Shown: positions 35,749 to 44,812 of the stretch, in pieces | Numbering within the stretch: position 1 is the stretch's first letter | Layout of the letters: each line of letters opens with the position of its first letter | Origin: Dehalococcoidia bacterium | GTDB lineage: Bacteria; Chloroflexota; Dehalococcoidia; UBA2979 | Direction: 5' to 3' | Length of the DNA: 64,000 nt | NCBI GenBank assembly: GCA_965220125.1 | Contig: CBDCPB010000004.1 | Location: forward strand, 2,674,270 to 2,738,269 | Translations under genes and position numbers: made by a program | The notes under the pieces: generated by a model | Told to the model about the DNA's origin: nothing | What the model saw: the letters and a program-made list of their open reading frames with translations, nothing else | Databases searched by the model: none

Positions 35749-35875
35749 TGCGTCGCCACGCGCATCTCCTCGCTTGATCCGCTAAAGTACTGTTCATTAC
35801 GTCCGTCGCCGCGCATGCCGATCGGGGTATTCGCGGCCCTGGTATGGCGAGGCGATTGGCACAGAGGGGGGAACA

Positions 35876-37687
35876 ATGCCAGACAGTCTGATTGAAGGAC
35901 GAGGGATCTTCAGCCGCCGTGCGCTACTGCGAGGCGGCGCCGTGGGCGCGACCGGGCTGGTAGCCGCCGCGCTCATCGGCTGCGACGACGACGACGACGA
36001 GCCCGCGCCGGCCCCGGCCGCGGCTACGGCCGCTCCGGCCACGCCTGCTCCGACGCCGACGGCCACGGAGGCGCCTGCGGCGACACCGACGGCCACGCCG
36101 AGGGCCCCGGCGACGCGGGCCACGCCGCCGCCAACGCCAACGCCCACGCCCACGCCCACACCTGACCCCGACGAGGCGAAGCGGGGCGGCGAGATCGTCA
36201 CGGTCTTCTTCCGCGCCCGCACCTCATGGGATCCGCACCGCGCGACATCGCCGATCCAGACGAACGACCACTGGGGCCTGGTCGGCAACAACCTGTTCGT
36301 GCCGGATCCGGGGACGCTGCTCGCCGCCGGCGACCTCGTCACCGACTGGGAGTGGAGAGGCGATACCACGCTCGTTGCGAGGCTGGACCCGGCTGCGAAG
36401 TGGCAAAACCTCCCGCCCGTCAACGGACGTCCGTTCACGGCCCAGGACGCCAAGATCAACGTGGAGCGCATCGCCTTCAGGGACTGGTCGCCTCGTGCCT
36501 TCATATTCTCGTCGCTCGAGAGCGTCGACGCCGTCGACGAGGGCACCATCCAGTTCAACCTCAGTGGCCCGGACGCCAACTTCCTCGACGCGCTGGCCTC
36601 GCTCTACAACGCGATGGTCGCGCCCGAGGTCATTGGGTTTTCCGGGGACGACCTGAACGACACAGCGGCCTTGATCGGCACCGGACCGTTCCTCTCCGAG
36701 TCGCACGAGGAGGGCGTCGGCGGACGCTACGTCAGGAACCCCGACTACTGGCGGGCCGGCCGTCCCTACCTCGACGCGGTCGAGTACCGGATCGTCCCGG
36801 ACGACTCGGTGCAGTTCGGCCTCTTCAAGGCGGGTGAGATCGATGGGCCGGCGCGCGTCTGGCCGAACAGCTTCGGCATCCAGCTGCAGGAGGATGAGGA
36901 TCTGACCGTCCGGCACTCCAACGGCGATTTCCGCGGCTACAGCGGCGCCGTCTTCGCCGTCCAGAAGGAGCCGTTCAACGACATCCGGCTGCGCGGGGCC
37001 GTACACCTCGTGTTCAACCGCCAGGCGCTCGCCGAGTTCCAGTACGAAGGGTTCGCCTCGCTGTCGACTCCCGGCGGCCGCGACCCGTACTTCACCCTCC
37101 CCGACGAGGAGATCATCCAGGCGCCGGGCTACCGCCCGGAGAAGGAGGCGGACATCGCGCAGGCCGCGCAGCTGGTGCAGGCCGCCGTCGGCGGCGAGCT
37201 CAAGGTGCCCCAGCACACCGGCGAGTTCTACGTGGTGCAGAACGAAGTGCTGCAGGCGGAGCTCGCCGGGATCGGCATCAAGACCGAGCTCAAGATCCTG
37301 CCCAGGGGCGGAATCATCTCCACCGAACACGCCGACGCGAACGAGGACTTCGTCTTCCAGTCGACGACGCGTGGCGGCGGCGACACCGTGGACCACTCGC
37401 TCCTGCAGACCTTCCACCCCGGCGGGTCGCAGAACCCCTACGGCATCGACGACCCCGTGCTGACCGAGATGATCGATCAGCAGCGCGGGATCCTCGACCT
37501 CGAGGCGCGGCGCGAGGTGTACCACAACGTCGAGCGCCACATCCTCCAGAACGTCTACATCGCACCGGGCCTGCGTGGTCAGGGCTTCATGTTCTGGAAG
37601 AACAGGGTCAAGGGGTACCGCTTCGGTCTCTCCGGAGGCGGCAACGTCAAGGCGCACCTCTTCGAGGAGATCTGGGTCGAGGACTAG
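35876..37687 (+). CDS. ABC transporter substrate-binding lipoprotein, family 5
   Basis: GAGGGGGG upstream of ATG 35876. Tat motif SRRALLRG, lipobox AALIGC, Ala/Pro/Thr linker including a TPTPTPTPTP run, then a family-5 SBP body. Confidence 0.9.
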   Translation: MPDSLIEGRGIFSRRALLRGGAVGATGLVAAALIGCDDDDDEPAPAPAAATAAPATPAPTPTATEAPAATPTATPRAPATRATPPPTPTPTPTPTPDPDEAKRGGEIVTVFFRARTSWDPHRATSPIQTNDHWGLVGNNLFVPDPGTLLAAGDLVTDWEWRGDTTLVARLDPAAKWQNLPPVNGRPFTAQDAKINVERIAFRDWSPRAFIFSSLESVDAVDEGTIQFNLSGPDANFLDALASLYNAMVAPEVIGFSGDDLNDTAALIGTGPFLSESHEEGVGGRYVRNPDYWRAGRPYLDAVEYRIVPDDSVQFGLFKAGEIDGPARVWPNSFGIQLQEDEDLTVRHSNGDFRGYSGAVFAVQKEPFNDIRLRGAVHLVFNRQALAEFQYEGFASLSTPGGRDPYFTLPDEEIIQAPGYRPEKEADIAQAAQLVQAAVGGELKVPQHTGEFYVVQNEVLQAELAGIGIKTELKILPRGGIISTEHADANEDFVFQSTTRGGGDTVDHSLLQTFHPGGSQNPYGIDDPVLTEMIDQQRGILDLEARREVYHNVERHILQNVYIAPGLRGQGFMFWKNRVKGYRFGLSGGGNVKAHLFEEIWVED

Positions 37688-37779
37688 CCGTCGCGCGGAC
37701 AGCGCGGACGGTCATCACGCGGCGCACGCCCGGCACCTGCCGGCGTGCGCCGCGCTGATCACGGGGAGGATGGCGTGCC

Positions 37780-38808
37780 ATGAGTCTTGACGTGCAGAAG
37801 GCCCAGTGGGAGCGCTCGGCCGCCGTGCCGGGGCAGCTCACCGAGCCGTTCACGCGCTGGGTCCGCACGCCGGACACCGTGTTCGGCGAAGGGGCGCACC
37901 GCTACCGGGTGATCGATAACTGGGCGCGACGCCCTCGCGGCTGGCCGCTCGGCGACGTCGCCGGCGTGGCCGTCGACGCCGACGACAACCTCTTCGTCTA
38001 CAACCGCTCGACCCGCCCGATCCATATCTACGACCGGGACGGCAACTTCCTCGACTGGTGGGGCGACGACGAGCACACCACCCCGCACGGGATCACGATC
38101 GACCCGGCGGGCGATGTCTGGCTCGCCGACACGGGCGATCACCTCGTCAAGAAATGCACGGCGGACGGCAAGCTGCTGCTCGCGATCGGCCGGCGGCACA
38201 TCAACATGCCGGACATGGGCGGAATACCGTTCAACCGGCCGACGCGCGTGGCGGTCGCCGCGAACGGCGACCTCTACGTCAGCGACGGCTACGGCAATAG
38301 CCACATCCACGTATTCGACGCCGGCGGCGACCACAAGTTCACCTTCGGCAGCCCGGGAGACGGGCCCGGCCAGTTCAGCACGCCCCACGCGATCTTCATC
38401 GACCACAACCAGCGCGTGTACGTCTGCGACCGCATGAACAGCCGCATCCAGCTGTTCGACCTCGACGGCGAGTACCTCGAGGAGTGGCGCGGCGTGCACC
38501 TGCCGGACGATCTGGTGGTCGGCCCGGACGGCACGGTCTACATCGCAGAGCTGCTGCACCGGATCACGATCTGGAGCCCCGAGGGCGAGCGGATCGCGGG
38601 CTGGGGCGACGAGGGCTGCGAGTGCCCGCAGGACGCGCTGCCGATCGTGCAGTGCCCGGCGGAGAGCTTGGACGCCGGGATGGTGATCGGTCCGCACGGC
38701 CTCACGCTCGACTCCGAGGGCAGCATCTACGTGGGCGACCTCGCCGACACCTACCGCGGCATCGATCGCGGCTCGCGCGCGGTCCAGAAGTTCGTGCGCG
38801 TGGACTGA
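37780..38808 (+). CDS. NHL-repeat beta-propeller, peptidyl-alpha-hydroxyglycine alpha-amidating lyase (PAL)-like, no signal peptide
   Basis: GGGGAGGA upstream. LYVSDGYGNSHIHVF and VYVCDRMNSRIQLF resemble the PAL motifs VSDGYCNSRIVQF and VADRENGRIQCF as I remember them. Confidence 0.8.
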   Translation: MSLDVQKAQWERSAAVPGQLTEPFTRWVRTPDTVFGEGAHRYRVIDNWARRPRGWPLGDVAGVAVDADDNLFVYNRSTRPIHIYDRDGNFLDWWGDDEHTTPHGITIDPAGDVWLADTGDHLVKKCTADGKLLLAIGRRHINMPDMGGIPFNRPTRVAVAANGDLYVSDGYGNSHIHVFDAGGDHKFTFGSPGDGPGQFSTPHAIFIDHNQRVYVCDRMNSRIQLFDLDGEYLEEWRGVHLPDDLVVGPDGTVYIAELLHRITIWSPEGERIAGWGDEGCECPQDALPIVQCPAESLDAGMVIGPHGLTLDSEGSIYVGDLADTYRGIDRGSRAVQKFVRVD

Positions 38809-38833
38809 GCGTCCGGCAGGCAGGGCCGCGGAG

Positions 38834-39637
38834 ATGGACTACGAGGGCTACGAGTTCCTCAAGATCGAACTCGACGACGAGGGCATCCTCACGATCACGC
38901 TCAACCGCCCGGACCGGCTCAACGCCGCGCACCCGCCGATGCTCGATGAGCTCGAGCGCATCTTCCACGACGTGAACCGCGACCCGGCCGTGCACGTCGT
39001 CGTGCTCACGGGCGCCGGGCGCGCCTTCTGCGCGGGCGGCGACATCAAGGCGATGTCGGACCGCAACAGCGGCGACGAGGATCACGCCTGGGCGATCCCG
39101 AAGCCGGGCCGCCATGACATCATCCGCGGCCTGCTCGCCCTCGAGCCGCCGATCATCGCCGCCGTCAACGGCGCGGCGGTCGGCGTCGGCGCGACCCTCG
39201 CGCTGTTCTGCGACATCGTGATCGCCGCCGAGACGGCGCGCATCGGCGACTCGCACATCAAGCTGGGGATGGTGCCAGGCGACGGCGGTACGGTGATCTT
39301 CTCGCACCTGCTCGGCCTGCCGAAGGCGAAGCAGCTGCTGCTCACCGGCGACCTGATCGACGCGGCGGAGGCGGAGCGGATCGGCCTGATCAGCGAGGCT
39401 GTCCCCGGCGACCAGCTGATGGCGCGCGCGCGCGACCTCGCGCGGCGGATCGCGGCGAACCCGCGCCTCGCCGTGCGCTGGACCAAGATGTCGCTCAACC
39501 GCCGCCTGGAGGAAGAGGTGCTGCTCGGTCAGGTTCCTGCCTCGGCGCTGGAGTGGCTCTCGCTGCAGATGGACGACCACAAGGAAGCGATTCGGGCCTA
39601 CGAGGAGAACCGTCCGCCGCAGTACACCGGGCGCTGA
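38834..39637 (+). CDS. enoyl-CoA hydratase/isomerase (crotonase) family
   Basis: ITLNRPDRLNA and VVLTGAGRAFCAGGDIK. Confidence 0.9.
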   Translation: MDYEGYEFLKIELDDEGILTITLNRPDRLNAAHPPMLDELERIFHDVNRDPAVHVVVLTGAGRAFCAGGDIKAMSDRNSGDEDHAWAIPKPGRHDIIRGLLALEPPIIAAVNGAAVGVGATLALFCDIVIAAETARIGDSHIKLGMVPGDGGTVIFSHLLGLPKAKQLLLTGDLIDAAEAERIGLISEAVPGDQLMARARDLARRIAANPRLAVRWTKMSLNRRLEEEVLLGQVPASALEWLSLQMDDHKEAIRAYEENRPPQYTGR

Positions 39638-39666
39638 CGCCGCCGCCCCTGCGACACGCCCGTCCG

Positions 39667-40749
39667 TCAGACCGCCGGCAGGCGGTCCTCAATGCCCAGC
39701 TCGGCGAGGATGCCCCGGAACCACTCGATCACCTCGGGGTGGTAGGGGATGCCGAGCTCGCGGCGGATCGCCTCTTCCTCGTGCTCGGGCAGGCCGGCGT
39801 AGTAGACGCGCTCCTCGCCGGGCGCGGTCTTCGCCTCGCGCAGCCGCCGCAGGTAGGCGGCCATGTCGTCCTTGAATCCCTCGAGGTCCGTGAACGCGTC
39901 GATGCGGTAGGCGAGCAGGTGGTGCGCCTGGCGGGCGCGACGGTCCGGCCCGGCGGCGCCGCCCGAGAGCAGGCTCGTCAGCACCTCGACCATGACGGCG
40001 AGGCCGTAGCCCTTGTGAGAGCCGATCTCACGCGTGCCGCCGAGCGGCAGCATCATGTACGGCTCCGGGATCGGCTGCTCCTCCATGATCGGCTCGCCGT
40101 CCTCGCCGGCGATCCAGCCCGGCATCGTGTCGCGCCCGAGGCGCTGCACGAGCCGCACCTTGTTGCCGGCGATCGAACTCATCGACCCGTCGAAGATGAA
40201 CGGGGCCTCCTCGCGGGTGGGTACCGCCATCGCGATCGGGTTGAGGCCGATCAGCGGCTCGGCGCCGAACGTCGGCGTGACGTTGACGCCGCCGGCGGTC
40301 ATCGAGACGCCGATCATGTCGTGCTCGAGGGCCATCGCGGCGGTGTAGGCGGCGGCGCCATAGTGGCCGCCGTTGTAGACGGCGACCGAGCCGATCCCGT
40401 ACGCGCGCGCCCGTTCGATCGCGATGCGCATCGCCTCGGGCCCGATCACCCCGCCGTGCGCGCCGTCCGAGTCGATCGTGCAGGCGGCAGGGCTGTCGTG
40501 GGTGATGCGCCACTGCGGCTGCAGGTTGATGGTGCCGTTGCGGATCGAGTCGACGTAGCGGCGCAGCATGTTCGAGGCGCCGTGCGAGTCGATCCCGCGG
40601 ATGTCCGCGTAGAGCAGCACGTCCGTCGACTGCTCGGCGTGATCGCGCGGCATGCCGAGGGCGACGAACAGGTCCTCGACCGTGGCGCGCATCACCCCCG
40701 GATCGACGCGCACCTCGATTTCGGACGGGACGTGGAAGCGCTCCAGCAT
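39667..40749 (-). CDS. Ldh_2 family (malate/L-lactate/sulfolactate-type) NAD(P)H-dependent oxidoreductase
   Basis: GIDSHGASNMLRRYV, NPIAMAVP and GSHKGYGLAVMVEVL. The start ATG shares 1 nt with the upstream gene's stop. Confidence 0.88.
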   Translation of the reverse strand: MLERFHVPSEIEVRVDPGVMRATVEDLFVALGMPRDHAEQSTDVLLYADIRGIDSHGASNMLRRYVDSIRNGTINLQPQWRITHDSPAACTIDSDGAHGGVIGPEAMRIAIERARAYGIGSVAVYNGGHYGAAAYTAAMALEHDMIGVSMTAGGVNVTPTFGAEPLIGLNPIAMAVPTREEAPFIFDGSMSSIAGNKVRLVQRLGRDTMPGWIAGEDGEPIMEEQPIPEPYMMLPLGGTREIGSHKGYGLAVMVEVLTSLLSGGAAGPDRRARQAHHLLAYRIDAFTDLEGFKDDMAAYLRRLREAKTAPGEERVYYAGLPEHEEEAIRRELGIPYHPEVIEWFRGILAELGIEDRLPAV

Positions 40750-41666
40750 CAGGAGCTCGCCGTGTGGAAGACCGGCAGGACGTCCTCGATGTAGGCCTCG
40801 TAGGCGTCCCAGTTGATCGGCGGCCGGAAGGCGATGTTCAGCCCCTGCACGCCCGTCTCCACGTACTCGCCGATGCGGTCGATGGCCTGCTGGGCCGTGC
40901 CCGTGATCGAGCCGGGGACGAAGTTGGCGGGCGGATCGGCAGCGCTGTCATCGGCGTGGGCGCGCATGTGGAAGCGGAGATTGACGCTGGTCTCGATCTC
41001 CCCGGGGTCGCGGCCCAGCCGCTCGCACGCTTCCTCCAGCGCGTCCAGCCGCTCGCGGATGATCTCGGGCGGCTGGTAGGGGACGTTGTAGCCGTCGGCG
41101 TACTGGGCTGCGAGCCGGGGCGTCCGCCTCGGGCCGTTGCCGCCGACCCAGATGCGCATGCCCGGGTTGAGCGGCCTGGGGCTGCAGACCGCGCCGGAGA
41201 GCTGGTAGTGCTTGCCGTCGAAGTCCGTCACCGGATCGCGCCACAGCGAGCGCACGATCTGCAACGTCTCCTCGAGTTGCTCGAAGCGCTGCCCCAGCGG
41301 CGGGAAGTCGTAGCCGAACTCGCGGAACTCCTCCTCGAACCAGCCGGCGCCGATGCCGATCTCCGCCCGTCCGCCGGAGAGGTGGTCGATGGTGACCGCG
41401 GCTTTGGCAAGCAGGGAGGGGTTGCGGAACAGCGCGCAGAAGACGAGGCAGCCGACGCGCATGTTCGAGGTCGCCCCGGCCAGCGCGGCCAGCGAGGCGA
41501 CGCCCTCGAAGCAGGGGTCTTCCCGCAGGTTCAGGGGATTGGCGTAGAAGTGGTCCCAGACCGAGGCCCAGTGGAAGCCGGCCTCGTCGGCGCGCCGCCA
41601 GACCTGGAGCAGCTCGTCCATCGCGAGGTCTTGCGGGCCGGTATGGATGCCGAGCTTCAGGGTCAT
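40749..41666 (-). CDS. luciferase-like monooxygenase (LLM) class flavin/F420-dependent oxidoreductase
   Basis: GFHWASVWDHF, GRAEIGIGAGW and GPRRTPRLAAQYADGYN. Confidence 0.85.
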   Translation of the reverse strand: MTLKLGIHTGPQDLAMDELLQVWRRADEAGFHWASVWDHFYANPLNLREDPCFEGVASLAALAGATSNMRVGCLVFCALFRNPSLLAKAAVTIDHLSGGRAEIGIGAGWFEEEFREFGYDFPPLGQRFEQLEETLQIVRSLWRDPVTDFDGKHYQLSGAVCSPRPLNPGMRIWVGGNGPRRTPRLAAQYADGYNVPYQPPEIIRERLDALEEACERLGRDPGEIETSVNLRFHMRAHADDSAADPPANFVPGSITGTAQQAIDRIGEYVETGVQGLNIAFRPPINWDAYEAYIEDVLPVFHTASS

Positions 41667-41739
41667 CGGGCGCCTCGTCTCACCACGCGAGCGGCTGGCT
41701 GGCGGCGATGCTATCAGGCGCGCTCGCGACAGTGCCCAC

Positions 41740-42033
41740 TTACGACGCGCGTGCCGACGCCTTGAGCTTCTGCCGGGCCATCACGAGGTCATAGTCTGCC
41801 TGCAGACCAAGCCAGATGTACGCCCTCGTCCCGAACTCGGCCTCAAGCTGCAGGGCGGTCTCGGCGGTGATTGCCTTGCGGCCGCGCACGATCTCGTTCA
41901 CCACCTGATACGGTCGCCCGATGCGTCGCGCCAGCTCGCGCTGCGACATCCCGCGGACCTCCAACTCCTCGGCGAGCAACCAGCCGGGGTGGGAGACAGA
42001 GTCAGGCTCCACGTAGGGAAACGTCTCAGTCAT
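41740..42033 (-). CDS. higA: HigA-family antitoxin (XRE HTH)
   Basis: HPGWLLAEELEVRGMSQRELARRIGRPYQVVNEIVRGRKAITAETALQL. Overlaps the upstream toxin gene by 8 nt. Confidence 0.88.
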   Translation of the reverse strand: MTETFPYVEPDSVSHPGWLLAEELEVRGMSQRELARRIGRPYQVVNEIVRGRKAITAETALQLEAEFGTRAYIWLGLQADYDLVMARQKLKASARAS

Positions 42034-42319
42034 GGTAGTCCACCACCTCCTCGACGGTGACGGTCCGTTCGTCCTCGACCGTCACGATCATCCGCATTCG
42101 CCCCGTCAACCGAAGCGAGTGTTGCCCTCTCCGGTCGCCCGTCAGCGGGTGGAAGTCCAGCGGACGGATATCGTACAGGTGCTCAACACGCTCGGTGCGC
42201 CGGAGTGCTCGCACGAGATCGACGTACCGCTGCCCCGTGACCGGGCCCCACTCGCGCACTGCGCGGTTGCGCTGCTCTAAGGCCCGCTGCAAGCGGCGGG
42301 TGCGGAAGCGAAGCTCCAC
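42026..42319 (-). CDS. higB: HigB-type (plasmid maintenance system killer, RelE/ParE superfamily) toxin
   Basis: These are the last 97 codons of track ORF 42026..43297, starting at GTG 42319. VELRFRTRRLQRALE...FHPLTGDRRGQHSLRLTGRMRMIVTVED...VEEVVDYH. The rest of the long ORF is antisense to the SDR gene. Confidence 0.75.
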   Translation of the reverse strand: MELRFRTRRLQRALEQRNRAVREWGPVTGQRYVDLVRALRRTERVEHLYDIRPLDFHPLTGDRRGQHSLRLTGRMRMIVTVEDERTVTVEEVVDYHD

Positions 42320-42394
42320 GAACCGAGCGTACGAGCAGTGGGTGAACGCGTCAATCGAGGGGTGAATACGCGGCCCGCCCCGCGCTCCTCTAGT

Positions 42395-43324
42395 ATGGCG
42401 CCCATGACGAAACCACTCGAGGGCAAGGTCGCCGCCGTTACCGGCGCGGGGCGCGGCATCGGCCGCGGGATCGCACTGCGGCTCGCCGAGGAGGGCGCGA
42501 AGGTCATCGTCGCCGACTACGGCGGGCCCGTGGACGGCGCGGGCGGCCCGGAGGCGGACGTCGCCCAGGTCGTCGCGAACGAGATCATCGCCGCCGGCGG
42601 CGAGGCCGCCGCGAGCCGGTCCGATGTCTCGACGATGGAGGGCGGCGAGCAGATCGTCGCGACCGCCCTCGAGAGCTTCGGGCGGCTGGACGCGATGATC
42701 TGCTGCGCCGGCATCCTCGTCGACGGCGGCGTGCTCGAGGTCAGTCCCGAGGCCTGGGACCGGGCGATCGCGGTGCACCTGCGCGGGCACTACTCCTGCG
42801 CGCGGGCGGCGGCGAACGTCATGCGCGAGCAGGGCAGCGGCCGCATCATCTCCTTCTCGTCGAGCACCGCCCTGGCCGGCGCGGGCGCCCGCGTCGCCTA
42901 CGCGACGGCGAAGGCGGGCGTGATCGGCTTCGCGCTCAGCCTCGCCGAGGAGCTCGAGCCGCTCGGGATCACCTCGAACTGCATCGTCCCCGTCGGGGCG
43001 ACGCGCATGCACGACATCGTCGCGCAGCAGGCGGGACAGGTCGGCGAGGGCGACCCACTGCCGAGCGAGCAGGCGATCGGCGGCGTCATGGACCCGGCGA
43101 ACGTCGCGCCGATCGTCGCCTACCTGCTGACCGACGAGGCCACCTCGATCAACGGGCAGGTCTTCGGCGCGGTCGGCCGGCGGGTCTACCTGCTCAACCA
43201 CCGCGAGTGGGTGTCGCACATCGGCAGCGAGGGGCCGTGGACGCTGGACGCGCTGATCGAGCGCGTGCCGGCGGAGCTGGGGCCGGACCTCGACCATCGC
43301 CGGGTGCCGTGGCCCGGCAGGTAG
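42395..43324 (+). CDS. SDR-family oxidoreductase
   Basis: TGAGRGIGRG and YATAK (YxxxK). The start is ATG 42395 or 42404, with no clear SD. Confidence 0.85.
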   Translation: MAPMTKPLEGKVAAVTGAGRGIGRGIALRLAEEGAKVIVADYGGPVDGAGGPEADVAQVVANEIIAAGGEAAASRSDVSTMEGGEQIVATALESFGRLDAMICCAGILVDGGVLEVSPEAWDRAIAVHLRGHYSCARAAANVMREQGSGRIISFSSSTALAGAGARVAYATAKAGVIGFALSLAEELEPLGITSNCIVPVGATRMHDIVAQQAGQVGEGDPLPSEQAIGGVMDPANVAPIVAYLLTDEATSINGQVFGAVGRRVYLLNHREWVSHIGSEGPWTLDALIERVPAELGPDLDHRRVPWPGR

Positions 43325-43346
43325 CGGGCCGAAGGGCGGAACCTCG

Positions 43347-44372
43347 ATGGTGAACGTGACGCGGCTCGAGCATCACGGCTGGGCGAACGGCGACGGGCGC
43401 TGGGGCGCCCCCGCGACCCGCTCCCGGGGGATCGTCGAGGAGCCGCTCGGCTGCGGCGAGCACACGTATCACGTCGTCGACAACTGGGCGAGGCGACCTC
43501 GGGGCTGGGTGATGACGGACGTGGCCGGCGTCGCCGTCGACGCCGAGGACCGCGTCTTCGTCTTCTCGCGCTCGCCGCGCCCGGTCCAGGTCTACGACCG
43601 CGACGGCTACTTCCTCGACTGGTGGGGCGACGACGTGACGACGACGGCGCACGGCATCAGCGTGGACGCCGAGGGCAACGTCTGGCTCGCCGACACGGGC
43701 GACCACACCGTGCGCAAGTTCACGCCCGAGGGGAAGCCGCTGCTCAGCCTCGGAACTCCGAACCAGTGCGCGCCCTTCATGAGCGGTGAGCCGTTCAACC
43801 AGCCGACGCGCGTGGCGGTGGCCGCGAACGGCGACCTCTACGTCAGCGACGGCTACGGGAACGCGCGCATCCACGTCTTCAGCGCCGACGGCGAGTACCG
43901 CTTCGGCTGGGGCAGTCCCGGCTCCGGGCCGAGCCAGTTCTCGAACCCGCACGCCGTCACGATCGGCCCCGACGGCCGCGTTTACGTCTGCGACCGCTCG
44001 AACCGCCGCATCCAGGTCTTCGCCCTCGACGGGACGTACGAGGAGGAGTGGTCCGGCGTGAACCTGCCGGACGACCTCGCCTTCGGCCCGGACGGCAACG
44101 CCTACGTCGCCGAGCTGCTGCACCGCATCAGCATCTGGAGCCCCGAGGGCGAGCGCATCACCGGCTGGGGCGACGAGGGCTGCCAATGCCCGGAGCAGCC
44201 GCCGATCCCGCCCTGCCCGGCAGAGCGGCAGGACGCGGGCCAGGTGATCGGCCCGCACGGCCTTGCCGTGGACTCACAGGGCAGCATCTACGTCGGCGAC
44301 CTCGCGGAGACCTACCGCGGCATCGACCGCGGCTCGCGCGCGCTCCAGAAGTTCGTGCGGGCCGACGCGTAA
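43347..44372 (+). CDS. NHL-repeat PAL-like beta-propeller, paralogue of 37780..38808
   Basis: Collinear with the first copy over almost the full length; many identical blocks, e.g. VVDNWARRPRGW, DWWGDD, NVWLADTGDH, NQPTRVAVAANGDLYVSDGYGN, IWSPEGERI.GWGDEGC.CP, SIYVGDLA.TYRGIDRGSRA.QKFVR. Confidence 0.82.
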   Translation: MVNVTRLEHHGWANGDGRWGAPATRSRGIVEEPLGCGEHTYHVVDNWARRPRGWVMTDVAGVAVDAEDRVFVFSRSPRPVQVYDRDGYFLDWWGDDVTTTAHGISVDAEGNVWLADTGDHTVRKFTPEGKPLLSLGTPNQCAPFMSGEPFNQPTRVAVAANGDLYVSDGYGNARIHVFSADGEYRFGWGSPGSGPSQFSNPHAVTIGPDGRVYVCDRSNRRIQVFALDGTYEEEWSGVNLPDDLAFGPDGNAYVAELLHRISIWSPEGERITGWGDEGCQCPEQPPIPPCPAERQDAGQVIGPHGLAVDSQGSIYVGDLAETYRGIDRGSRALQKFVRADA

Positions 44373-44395
44373 CCCGCGGCGCAACAACATTAGAC

Positions 44396-44423
44396 TTGAC
44401 TTATAGTAGAAAAGGCTTATACT
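44396..44423 (+). promoter_or_regulatory. near-consensus sigma-70 promoter (TTGACT-N16-TATACT) placed for a leaderless toxin mRNA
   Basis: TTGACT at 44396..44401 and TATACT at 44418..44423. The GTG start of the toxin gene is at 44428, 4 nt after the -10. This is the only clearly AT-rich patch in this part of the window. Confidence 0.55.
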
Positions 44424-44427
44424 CCGC

Positions 44428-44799
44428 GTGTGGGAAGTCGAGTACACGGATCAGTTCGAGGGCTGGTGGCAGCAACTGAGCGTCGGGCAGCAAGAGGCGC
44501 TCGACGATCGCGTGATGCTGCTGGCGGAGACTGGTCCGGGACTCGGGAGGCCGGTGGTAGGGACGATCACGGGCTCCCGCCATTCCAACATGAAGGAGTT
44601 GCGGGTCTCACAGGGTGGCGCGCTGCGTGTGCTGTTCGCCTTTGATCCGCGCCGCTACGCCATCCTGCTGCTGGGCGGTGACAAGTCCGGGCAGTGGAAT
44701 GAGTGGTACAGGCGGGCGATTCCCGAGGCGGACGCGCTCTATGGCGACCATCTCGAGGCACTGCGCGCGGAAGGGTTGATCGGGAGCGGGGACGGGTAA
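44428..44799 (+). CDS. RelE-superfamily toxin of the Gp49/HigB-2 type
   Basis: MWEVEYTDQFEGWW...NMKELRVSQGGALRVLFAFDPRRYAILLLGGDKSG. Followed by an XRE antitoxin 13 nt downstream. Confidence 0.75.
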   Translation: MWEVEYTDQFEGWWQQLSVGQQEALDDRVMLLAETGPGLGRPVVGTITGSRHSNMKELRVSQGGALRVLFAFDPRRYAILLLGGDKSGQWNEWYRRAIPEADALYGDHLEALRAEGLIGSGDG

Positions 44800-44812
44800 G
44801 GGAGTCGGTGTC

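Noticed and set aside
42320-43297. Upstream 326 codons of the 423-aa minus ORF that ends as HigB
   Set aside because: Only the last 97 codons resemble a HigB toxin. The remainder is antisense to the SDR gene and Arg/Asp/Ala-rich.
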